From Lepidodermella squamata (lineage: Eukaryota; Animalia; Gastrotricha): a stretch of 64,000 bases of DNA. Shown piece by piece: positions 11,971 to 22,412 of this stretch. Position numbers and translations under genes: made by a program. Numbering within the stretch: position 1 is the stretch's first letter; the number at the start of each line of letters is the position of its first letter. The notes beneath the pieces were generated by a model. That model made no database searches and had not been told where the DNA came from. It was given only the letters and a program-made list of their open reading frames with translations. The DNA is taken from assembly GCA_047495785.1 (NCBI GenBank), contig JBLDXI010000030.1, forward strand, positions 434,001 through 498,000, written 5' to 3'.

Positions 11971-13536
11971 ATGAAGTCTGTAATTATTGTGCTTGCTCTT
12001 GCTGGTTACGGTGAGTCTCTAAAATCCTTTAATGTTGTTGGGGCCCGAGCCCGATTTTGGCCCGTACGCGCTCCGGCCGGCCCGTACGCAGACGGGTAGC
12101 ATTGATTTGCCGCTCCGCGCTCGGGCCGGTTTAAAACTTGCCCGTATGCGACGTTTACTGTAAATTTAATAAATTCGAGAGAATCACGCTTCACCGCACA
12201 CGGGCCGGCCAAGGTGCCAGCCCGAGCACGGCGGAGAACAATGGGATCCAGTGCTATTGTTCAGCGCCGTACTCGGGCTGCCGAGCTCGGGCCGGGACTT
12301 GGTAAAATTGTCGGCGTGGGCGTTGGTTGTAGGATGACCCGAGCCCGGCGACCCAAGCCCGACGACCCGATTCCAGAGGCCCGAGCCCGGCAGCCCGAGT
12401 ACGGCGCTGAACAATAGCACTGGATCCCATTGTTCTCCGCCGTGCTCGGGCTGGCACCTTGGCCGGCCCGTGTGCGGTGAAGCGTGATTCTCTCGAATTT
12501 ATTAAATTTACAGTAAACGTCGCATACGGGCAAGTTTTAAACCGGCCCGAGCGCGGAGTGGTAAAGTGCCGTTACCCGACCGCGTACGGGCTGACCCGAA
12601 CGCGTTCGGGCCGAATTCGGGCTCGGGCCCCAACAATGTTACAAAATAAATCAAATTTTTATACCTCAGCATATTGCGACACGAGGGTCGATGTTGATTG
12701 GAAAGATGTTGCCGACACTATCCGCGGAAAGTACGTTGCTACTCTCTTCATTTTTCGACAAAATCATCTTTTCTTTGCAGGATGAACATGTGTTGGAAAA
12801 ACACGTTCACCCGCGGAGTCGGAAAGCCGGTCCATGCATGCCCGAGCCACCTTGAGAAACACCAAGCTCTGTGCTACAAGCCCTGCAGAGATGGATACAA
12901 GGGCGTTGGTCCTGTTGTGAGTTTGCTTTGAATCCAAAACCCTATCAATCTATCTCCATTCCTATATAGTGCTGGCAAAGCTGCAAGCCTGGCTACACCG
13001 ATACCGGAGCTTTCTGTACCCGTAACGTGAAGATCATTTCGTCGAACAACAAAGCTTGCCCTTGGTACGACATTTGCGGGCTAACCTTTTCTAAAGGCTG
13101 CTCGTTCTGCCCTGAAAACGACCCACCATACAAAAATGACGGATGCACGTGCCGCATCGATGTCCACACCTATGCTAAGCACAGCTATGGCCGCGGCGTT
13201 GGTAAGCCGATGAAGTGTACCGAGGACGAGGAATACGACGCTGGTCTTTGCTACAAGCCGAAATGCGGCGATGGCTACAAGAGCGTTGGTCCAGTCTGCT
13301 GGGCTCATTGTCCCTCGACTCACCCTGTCGACTGGGGAGCTGTTTGCTGCAAGGAAAAGGATAACTGCAAGGACTTCGTGAAGGATGCGACGAAAAGCAC
13401 AGCTGAGATGGTTGCTGCCCTCGTGAAAGGAGGCATGGGTGAAGCTGAGGCGAAGGAAGTCGTTAGCCAAATGCTGTCGACCGGCAAAGATTTTCTTCTC
13501 TTCACTTGCGATAAGCTGCAGCCAATCGAATACTAA
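11971..13536 (+). CDS. Secreted Cys-rich repeat protein (RGVG / LCY / GVGPVCW family), 4 exons
   Basis: Exons 11971-12010, 12670-12730, 12781-~12916 and ~12970-13536 splice in frame. Signal peptide, then repeats CWKNTFTRGVGKP..C..LCYKPCRDGYKGVGPV|CW and SYGRGVGKP..C..AGLCY..C..GY.SVGPVCW. Confidence 0.85.
12036..12635. mobile_element. 600-bp fold-back MITE with TGT...ACA ends and 4-bp TSD (Ginger-type), in intron 1
   Basis: ~260-bp inverted arms, near perfect over ~12110-12294 vs ~12378-12558. Termini TGTTGGGGCCCGAGCCC / GGGCTCGGGCCCCAACA; TSD ATGT at 12032-12035 and 12636-12639. Confidence 0.85.
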
Positions 13537-13834
13537 AACCGGAATTAATAATTCTTGGATCTAATTTTAGCGACGCGCAAGGTCAATAAAATTCAATCGA
13601 AAGGGCAGAAGCCCATATTCCAAACATAATTTTCCGATAATCCCTTTCAAACTCGGCTCTTTTGGGGAGAAGTCGGAAGGCCATGATCTGTTTTTCCTGC
13701 GGAATACGGCTTTACTTAGTTTTCCAATTTCACATCGAATATCATTTCAAAAAATTTAAGAAATATATATTCACTTCTAATTATAAGAGTTATATAAGGT
13801 TGACTTGAGGTATATTCAGCCTTTTCATGCAGCT

Positions 13835-14729
13835 TCAATTGAACGTTTCACAAATGAAACGTGGCGCTCGTAAGGAACAGCTTTGGTCCAAGATGACTCC
13901 GCCATCGGATAGCAAGGCACAGGCATTGTTGCCAGCATCCGGTTGGCCTGGACCCCACGGCGGAAAGTTTTGATACAACGCATCATCCGACCATCTCCAC
14001 TGCCCAGACAGATTCGACAGGCCAATAAATGCGTCCAGACCTGGGGTACTCAGAGCCATAGCTTGGTCGAGTTCTGCCTGTGTTTTGATTGTTGCCAGCA
14101 ATCCGCCGATGCTCGCGCACGTATCGACAGCAGATTCCCGTGTTCCATCGACAGCGTAGTATGTAAATGTTTTAACAGCGTTCTCACAGGCCGATTGGCT
14201 AGGGTAAGTTTTCGCTGGGTATTGCGTCTCGTGACTTTGACACGCTGTCGATCGGCAGGTTACTACGCCATTAGGTCCAAGACAGCGAATCCCACCCTGA
14301 AACAAATACACAAGTTTTGATGATCATGGCGACATTGGAGAGCCTTCAAGATAAATCTTACCCCTGCAACAGTCGACGTAGTTGTCGATGTTGTTGTTGT
14401 TGTAGTTGTAGTTGTTGTTGTTGACGTGGTTGAAGTTGGTGACGTTGATGAAGATTTTCGGTGATAATAATGGGGAAACCACAACGGTACCTCTTCACTG
14501 CTGCTGTCGTAATAGAAGTAAAGCTGTTTAGCCTCGACTTTGTTCACATTTGAGTTGGTATTCGCATTTTCATCGAGAAAAATATGACGCCATTTTCTGT
14601 ATTTCGGTTGTTGCCTGGCCGCAAGAACAGCCAAGACAAGTCCTGGAAGAGAGTATTGAGTTACGTAAGAATAAAATGGGTAGGCGAAGACCAACCATAA
14701 ACGACGCTCATAAAAACAAAAAATTTCAT
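13835..14729 (-). CDS. Secreted C-type lectin with a Thr-rich linker and 4-Cys module (QPD motif)
   Basis: Spliced MKFFVFMSVVYG|LVLAVLAA..., poly-Thr, IRCLGPNGVVTCRSTAC..SACENA, then CTLD with FIGL, WRWSD, WGPGQPD, C..C..FICE. Confidence 0.8.
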
Positions 14730-15916
14730 AGTTCAGAGGAATTAGAAAAAAATCATTTTCAAGTCTTGTTAATTCTGCTGCCGAGTCGCGCGTGCCTGGA
14801 TCATCTCTCATCATTAGCTCCATCGCCTTCAATTTCTCGTCGATGCTCTAGTTTTTTTCCAGCGCGACTTTATTGATTGCAGTTATTTTTCTCATTAAGT
14901 TTCACCGTTTCGCGTTTCCTTGCAGCCCTTTAGTTGCACTACGGCTATGTATGTAGCGCTTTAACTTTGAAAATTACAATAAAATCGTTTCATTATAACT
15001 TAGTTTTGAAAATTTTTGACATTTTTCATCAATGGTATGTCATGAATGTGGATGGTTGAATAACTTGTATTAAATATTGCGATCAATTTTTCTCTGCTAA
15101 GTGGACTTCAGCAATTGCACGCTTGCACTTGGAAATTGCTGTTATCGAATGACGACAGGAGGCCGATTTTTGCTTTTCGATTTGGATATATACTGAATTA
15201 TCCGTGGTTCGGGGGCATATAGAGGTTTTTTCTGCGCAAGAGAAATTCACTATGATTTCAGTCTATAACGATTTTAATTGGGTTCGGATGAGTAGCAACA
15301 GACCACTTAGTTGGATAATCTACACTGAACTCTTCAATGAATATCCAACTGTAAACCGTAAAAACATCAGAATTAACGCTTGAAACGAAAGGTCATACAT
15401 TAACATGATGAAAGTTTCACGTTAGCTAGATGCCGAGGGTTCGTTACGCAGTTTCCACCGTTTACAACAAAGTTCGCTGAAAATTCAAGCGATTCTGATG
15501 ACGGCGTGACTTCCTGCTTCCCGCTTAGCATAATTTATAAAAAAAGTGCGTTAATTATGAAGGTGGATACTGAATACTAATTTTGCACGCTAATTGGCGC
15601 ATTTCTTTCCGGTAGGTGGATTAAATTCCAACATGTATCATAGAGGTCACAAAGGTTGTATACAAAATATGTCCGAAGTCGATGATAAATTGTTCTAACG
15701 TGCCGCCCCACTCTCGGTTAGCAAGCTCACTGTCTCCGACAGCCGTCTGCCCGCGCCTTTATCTTGCCATGTCATGAATGAACCCAAAAAATGCGAAAGC
15801 GTTTCAATGTGACACGTTACAATGTCCCTCTCCTATGTGCATTTACTCTGCTTGGAAATCTGAGAGATTTGCTTTCGGCGGATTAATTCTGATTAGTTTA
15901 GAAAATTACAAAACTC

Positions 15917-18064
15917 ATGTTATTGCCAGTGTCTATAGTAGTGGCTCTTCTCCCGCTCTTGTGTGTCGGTGATCTAACCACCGATTCGTCATTAGAGCAG
16001 CTCGAAGCCAGTGTTCTTGAAGAACTTTTCGAAGCGGTAAGACTGGACAGCATCAACAATGTTGTGGCCATCATCGAAGAACACTGCGACGGCTATAAAT
16101 TGCATGAAATTCGAAACTCATCAGGGTGGACGTTACTACACCAGGCGGCTCTATTCGATAGCAATAAAACTTTGAACTATTTACTTCCTGCTGACCGTAA
16201 AGCCGCTGAACGAAAAGATTCGAAAGAAGAAATAAAAGCGATGATCGAAGCTGTGGATGGGCATAATCTTACTCCTTTTTTCTACGCTTCCCCAAATCTT
16301 CAAACCCGTCTTCTCGACTATTATGCTGAAACTGGCAATCTCGATACCGAAGGCATGCCTCTTAGCCATTTTCTGGTTAAACAGAAAAACTACGGCGCGC
16401 TGGAAAATCTTTTCCGTCATCGAAACGTTGATGGTGATGTTTTCGAAGGTAAAAGCCTCTCACATTCAGCTGCTGAATGGGACTTCCCTGAATTTCTCAA
16501 ATTTTCCGGCCATTTCGATGCTTCTGCCAAAGACAGTAACGGCCAAATTCCGGCTTGTTTAGCGGCCAAACATGGCTACACTCGTTTCGCTTCCGCAATG
16601 ATAGAAATATCACTTCGCATCCACGAAGGCCGTTGCTTGTATGGCAATGGTAACTCAGGCTCGCCTCTTCATGTAGCTGCCTTCTATCGCCATGGGGACT
16701 ATGTAAAACTGTTACTCAATAACGGCGCCAATGTTGCGGCGAAAAGCGAAGGAAACTCGGAAACCCCTCTGCATTCATTGATTGAAGGCAGTTGCAAGGA
16801 CTGGGAAGATTCTGATTTGGAAATCGCTCGCATGCTACATTCATCATATAACGTCTTTAAAAGCCGGGATTCACAACAACTGACTCCATTTCTTCGCGCT
16901 GTATCTTCATCTTGCCTAAAAACGCCCCGAGCGTTGTACGAGTCATTTCCAACAGCCGATCATACAGCGGTGGATGCTTCGGGCTATGGACTTCTTCATC
17001 TGGCTTCTTACGCTGAACTCGCCGCAGATATTTTGACGTTTAAATATGTTGACGTGAACGCAAAAACAGCAAAAACCAGTCTAACGCCTCTTCACGTTGC
17101 CGTTATGAAACACAAAAGCATTAAAATAATCAGACTTCTGCTGAATCATGGGGCAAACAGAAATGATGTTGACAGCTCACGGAATACGGCTGTTCATCAC
17201 GCTATAGAAGCTAATAACTCCCAGGCATTAAACCTATTTCTCAAAGATGATAAATTCAACTTGAAACTCAGAAACTCACGAGGGATGACTCCATTCCTTC
17301 TCGCTATCGAGCTGCAGCGTTCCAATTTGGCAGAACAGATGTTTGATGCAATTGGAAAGCCGTTGCTTGAGGATTTGATTATCAGCACGAACTACTCTGC
17401 GCTTCACCTGGCGGTTCGAGGAAATTTGATCAAAGTAATTGACGTGATGTTGCCAGTTGCCTCTGGCAATTTATCAAATTCTGCTGGGGAAACACCGCTG
17501 CATACAGCTGTTAGGCTGGGAAGGCTTGAAATCATTCGATTGATTCTCGAGAAAAAACTTGACTGGATATCGAAAAAAGATGTATACGCTAGGACACCTT
17601 TGCATATCTTGGCTCTCAACTGCGCAAAACAGGACACACTTTCGATGGCTCAGCTTTTCAGCGATCATTTCCAGAGGATTGAAAAAGAGCGAGATTTGTT
17701 TGATGAAACGCCACTGGAAACGGCAATCAAGCGGAATTGCGTTGACTTGGTGGCGTTCATGCTCGAAAAGAGTTCGAATAGTGTTTGTACAGCATTGAAC
17801 GCTCGCGAAGGCTACTCGCCGCTTCATATTGCTAAAGTCTTGGCTCTCGATGATATGGTCGATGTCATGATCAGATCGAAGAAGTGCAACCTGGACCAGG
17901 TGGACGTGTTGAAGCGAAAAGTGCGCGATGTCACTGCTAAGGAGGAATTTTACACGCCAACAATCAGAGAACGTATGCTATTAGAAATTTCGCTGGTGTT
18001 TCAGAAAGTTATTCTGCCGTTAATCAGGGCTGGATTCCGAGATAAAAAAAATATATGCTGGTGA
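15917..18064 (+). CDS. Ankyrin-repeat protein with an N-terminal signal peptide, intronless
   Basis: 715-aa ORF with many TPLH/ALH-type ankyrin repeats and a hydrophobic leader MLLPVSIVVALLPLLCVG. Confidence 0.9.
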   Translation: MLLPVSIVVALLPLLCVGDLTTDSSLEQLEASVLEELFEAVRLDSINNVVAIIEEHCDGYKLHEIRNSSGWTLLHQAALFDSNKTLNYLLPADRKAAERKDSKEEIKAMIEAVDGHNLTPFFYASPNLQTRLLDYYAETGNLDTEGMPLSHFLVKQKNYGALENLFRHRNVDGDVFEGKSLSHSAAEWDFPEFLKFSGHFDASAKDSNGQIPACLAAKHGYTRFASAMIEISLRIHEGRCLYGNGNSGSPLHVAAFYRHGDYVKLLLNNGANVAAKSEGNSETPLHSLIEGSCKDWEDSDLEIARMLHSSYNVFKSRDSQQLTPFLRAVSSSCLKTPRALYESFPTADHTAVDASGYGLLHLASYAELAADILTFKYVDVNAKTAKTSLTPLHVAVMKHKSIKIIRLLLNHGANRNDVDSSRNTAVHHAIEANNSQALNLFLKDDKFNLKLRNSRGMTPFLLAIELQRSNLAEQMFDAIGKPLLEDLIISTNYSALHLAVRGNLIKVIDVMLPVASGNLSNSAGETPLHTAVRLGRLEIIRLILEKKLDWISKKDVYARTPLHILALNCAKQDTLSMAQLFSDHFQRIEKERDLFDETPLETAIKRNCVDLVAFMLEKSSNSVCTALNAREGYSPLHIAKVLALDDMVDVMIRSKKCNLDQVDVLKRKVRDVTAKEEFYTPTIRERMLLEISLVFQKVILPLIRAGFRDKKNICW

Positions 18065-18701
18065 GTTTTATAACAAATTATAGTCTTGATAGTCTTATTT
18101 GCAATTCCTCGAGTAAAGCAGAAACATCGAGAAGTTCCAAATGTGCTTAAATGTTTTTTATTCTTTTCAAAACTGGTAATAGAACTCCGATCATCAAACG
18201 AAAGTATGTTCATTCACTAGTAAATAGTATATATTTCAAATTGAAAACTCTTTGTTACTTACATCGGAACCATAACGTTTATAAGTCATCAGGGACAATA
18301 AACTAATTTCCATGTGGACTCATGTGGATATTCTGAAATATTTCGTGCCGTTATCCAGGGGTAGATTCGGATATCAAAAACGTGCGTGCTGGTGAGTTTT
18401 TCGGGCAATGAATATATTCGCGATATGTACACTCCTTTTGACACTTGCAGAACTCCGGACAACAAACGAAAGTATGTTATATGATTGTTAAATATAAAGT
18501 GTCAGGGAAATGATGACCGGAGTCTTATGATCGCTCAATTCATGGATCTTTCTCCCAAGGCTACATTGAACCTCTTGAGTTTGCTGCCCTGTTTATTGTC
18601 AGTGGTTGATCACATATCTCAATATCTCAAAACTTCAACGCGAGAGTCCTTTTTCTCACGAATGTAGACTCGGTTGAACATTCGTCGAATCAAGTGAATG
18701 G

Positions 18702-18862
18702 CAGTGATACGGCGGGGTAATGGAGGGTATCGTACCCCCAGTTTGTAAGGTCAAAGTGGAAACCCTAAAAAACCTCAAGGGGGTGGGCCCTTTGTTCATA
18801 GAATGTTGGCCCAAAAATACCCCCTAGTTCGAGGATCCCTATTACGCGCAGTTAGCTAACTG
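18702..18862. mobile_element. Short hAT-like MITE; related copy at ~35997-36140
   Basis: CAG...CTG ends flanked by near-duplicated AGTGAATGG/AGCGAATGG. Shares TTGGCCC.AAAATACCCC.TAGTTCG.GGATCC with the copy inside an intron at 36 kb. Confidence 0.5.
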
Positions 18863-18867
18863 AGCGA

Positions 18868-20111
18868 ATGGCGGTTAGAAAACGTTGGTCAACAATTCGT
18901 ATATTCTGTTTTTCTATATTGTGCCGCGTGATAGGGCTGGATTGGAATATGAACAAGACATATGCCGGTGAGTTTTTTTCGAGCTTCAATTCTAATATTT
19001 GGCTTATCCCTCTTACACTGATTAGTTTAATTTGAATGTTTCGACTTCGCCCTTACATATATATATATATATTATATATGTCGTATGTCATATAGCAATT
19101 CTGCGAATTGCCGATTGAGTTACCAATCGGTCTAAGATGGCCGCATTGGATACATCATTTCCAATAATTCCTTGCTTATTGAGATATCGTATTGAGCATA
19201 ACGTCATTTGGGCTAACAGAGACAAAATATGAAAAAATATGACCCCATGTTATTTTCGCATTTTTTCATCGTTTCAGAGGGCCCTGATTCCGATTTTATA
19301 AGAAGCTAAATTTACCCCAGAGAGGTCCAATTTGCCCCCGTAAGTTTTCCCTAATTTATTTGGCCTTGCTAAATGAGAAATGAGGTATCGCAATCGGTAA
19401 CAATAATTTCAACTTTTATTAAATTGCTGTAAAAACCCACTCAATGGCGATTTGCCTAAAATACGGCAACTCAATCGGTAATTAAGAGGAATTGTTTAAT
19501 GATATACGACATTTATAGTATTATATAATTATTTTTTTATATTTTTTTAATAATATTTATCATATAGCTATCATCCCTTTAAATGCAGCCCAGGTTCATG
19601 GCGAAAATTGTGACTTGGTTGGTAAAGACATTTTACCGGCGCCGATTAAAACAAGAACAGTCAACGAATGCATTCAAATCTGCCGATTGATACCTGGCTG
19701 TACGCATTACACCTGGACCGCTAATGTGTACTGTTATCTAAAAATGGGTCCGCGATCAATGTCACAGGCGACGGTCTTGGCAGAAGCCAAATGTGGCATA
19801 ATGATTTCAATTATTATGTTATGGAGAGACCGTTAGTCTTGTCTCAGTTATGGCCAGGACATTTTGATTTCAAGCTTTTCTTACACAGGCGAGGTTCACG
19901 GCAAAACCGTGACTTGCCGGGACAAGATATTACGGCAGCGCGGCCGATTCAAACAAAAACAGTCGACGAATGCATTCAAATCTGCCGATCAATGCCTAGC
20001 TGTACGCATTATGCCTGGAACGGCGGTTCGAACTGTTATGCGAAAAAAGGTTCGCGATCAATAACGCAGGCTACAGTCGCGGAAAATGCTAAATGTGGCA
20101 TTATATATTGA
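18868..20111 (+). CDS. PAN/apple-domain protein, two tandem domain exons (second probably frameshifted)
   Basis: Exon MAVRKR...GLDWNMNKTYA splices to AQVHGENCDLVGKDI...ECIQICRLIPGCTHYTW..CYLK..CG (stop 19836). The second unit ECIQICRSMPSCTHYAW..CYAK..CG lacks one base near 19905. Confidence 0.65.
19075..19517. mobile_element. MITE with ~50-bp imperfect TIRs in the PAN gene intron
   Basis: ATGTCGTATGTCAT..CAATT..AATTGCCGATTGAGTTACC is the inverted match of GGCAACTCAATCGGTAATT..AATTG..ATGATATACGACAT, in TA-rich flanks. Confidence 0.6.
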
Positions 20112-20275
20112 TAGCATTCATCATTTTTCTGATTATGACTATTAACAATGATTATCCTGGTTATACTATATTATCCTGGTCAAGTAGTAGTTGTATAAGA
20201 CGGAAATGTATGACAAAAATAGCCAAAGCATATCTTTCAAAAAGCAACTCAAAAGGCTGATAGCGCTTTGCAGAA

Positions 20276-21596
20276 TCAAGTAGTCATCTCGGCAAAAATC
20301 ATTCCGTCAATAATGAGGCTTCCAATGACAAGAAAGCAGAAGAACATCAAATCCATGAAGCGAATGACAGTCATCTTGAATTTCGCAAACTTTAACCCCA
20401 CTTTCCGGTCACGAAATGCCGATAATTTAGCCAGTTCGCAAGTTATGAGCGCATAAATCGTGCAAATGCAGCTTGTTACCATCTGCGCACCCATGAAAAT
20501 CAGTGCGTAACTCAGCTCAGAAGATCTAGGCAACGAGTCTGAAACTATTGTCAGCAAAACTGTGTAGGATAGGACTACAGTCATGCAAAAGCTCGGCCTA
20601 TCCGGGTGCTCAGGTGGCATTATCCAGATTGAGAACAGGAGAGATAGAAGCGCGAAGCTCGGCAGGAAAATGTTGAGTAGGTGAAAGGTCGGTTTCCTGC
20701 GGTAGTGAAACGCGAAAGCCACTCGATAGTAACCGTTGTTGATCGCGTCTGAGGATGTTGAATACTGGACAGTATAAATACTGGCATTTGAACCGACAAG
20801 CTCCCAAATTTCGGCCGGGGATATGAAGTTTTCGTTATTTGGGTCTACGAAGTCGTTCTTCCGTTCAGAGAGTTGAAAGCGCAGTTCGGCAACTGAATAC
20901 CAAGATTCAATGAAGACACTGCAAACCTGCTCGTCGAAAGGGAATCTTCCTAATCTTTCGGGAAATTCGAGTCAAATCGAATCAAAGTTTCAAGGCTTAC
21001 TTGAGCCGGCAAAACGAATTGTAACTAAGCACAGTTTGTAGTTGAACCCTTCCATCATAGACGTAATAAAGCTTCCCGGTAGTTTCTATGACTCTACAAC
21101 AACGTCGTGATTTTGCCAATTATTGTCTAGGGTTTAGGTGAACTAACGTGTCAAGTTTTGAAACATCGTCGTTTGAGTTGATATGTTGAACCTTTGGATA
21201 CCAGCATTCCGCGGCGGGTAGTTCAAATTGTTTGAAATGATTAAGGGTATCATTCCACGCAGTACACGGATGATTCCATGTGAAGTCAACCTCAGCGATC
21301 ATCGAGTAACTGAGAGGATTTCATGATTAAAGCGGCTCGTAAAGAACAATTACCTACGTTTGATCTTTGTCGTAGATGCCGAGAAAGCGATATGGGATGA
21401 AATCAACAGTAACATTGACGATATCTTCAGGTTGAGTTAAGGGGCGGCTTTTTGTTTTCAGATTGCATTTCAGAATAATAGCTTGCTTCAGAATTTCGCC
21501 GGGTGGCCAATATTGACCGGGTTCAATTATTTCTATGTCTTCGCCTTGACATAGCTGAGCTAGCCATAAAAATAGCAGGGAAATAATCATTATCAT
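20276..21596 (-). CDS. Divergent Cys-loop ligand-gated ion channel subunit
   Basis: Signal peptide; YRFLGIYDKDQT, CWYPKV, CRLK|LGRFPFDEQVC, YRRKP, four TMs with PPEHPDRPSFC. Confidence 0.85.
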
Positions 21597-22412
21597 TAGG
21601 GAAATTTATACAATATCGCTGCTAAATTGGTCACATTGATTCAGCAATGAGACATTACGAAAAAGGCAGATAATTATCTGTTCATCACCAGGTTACAAAA
21701 TCGAAATTAGTCACACTCGATAAATCCCGCAGTGCTTTTCTGAACTTGCTAATGGCTAGCGATTTGCAGAGTCATTAATTATTCCTCGAAATATCAATCG
21801 TCAGCATTGAACCAGTAATAAACCCAGTAATAAAGAGCTCGTAATAAAATTATTCGAATTATTACTTTATTATACCATATATTGAATCGTGATCCTAAGG
21901 GACAATTTCGTTTGAATTACTAGTTCACGAGATAGCATATATGGTTAGCTAGTTGGCTCTTATTCGAAGCCGTAGTGAGGCCGAGATTGAAGCTGAGCTT
22001 AGGAATGGCTGTTGTTATGCTAGAGCATCTGTCCCTAAAACAATCAAGATGAAGTATACACGAAAAGCTGGTTAGATTCGTGTCGCGACACCCTAGCTCC
22101 GAGCTCCGGGACTCCAACCAGAGGAAAGCAGACAAAAACCATGGGGGACCCTTTGGTTTGTTCATTTGAGTCCTAGAAAAAAAGTAGAAAAAACCTCAGC
22201 TCCCGGATCCTACTTCGCACACTGATCCGGAGTTGCAAACGTCTGGACACGGTTTATTCAAATTTAAATTCACAAGGTTGCAATAGCGTGAGCGAACTTC
22301 CGAACGAATTTCACGATAGATTTGTAAGGGGAACACAGGATGTAAGAGTCAGTAGCATATTATAGATTTCCGCGTGGCAATTGCACTGTTGTCGCATGAC
22401 GTTGCGCGAAGT

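Noticed and set aside
12006-12785. Mirror-image ORFs (MAGPCAVKRD.., MPARARRR..)
   Set aside because: Artefacts of the GC-rich inverted arms of the MITE.
14375-14450. (GTT/GTA)n tract as a non-coding microsatellite
   Set aside because: It encodes the poly-Thr linker of the lectin on the minus strand.
15917-18064. Latrotoxin or TRPA1 assignment for the ankyrin protein
   Set aside because: No long N-terminal toxin domain and no channel TM region is visible.
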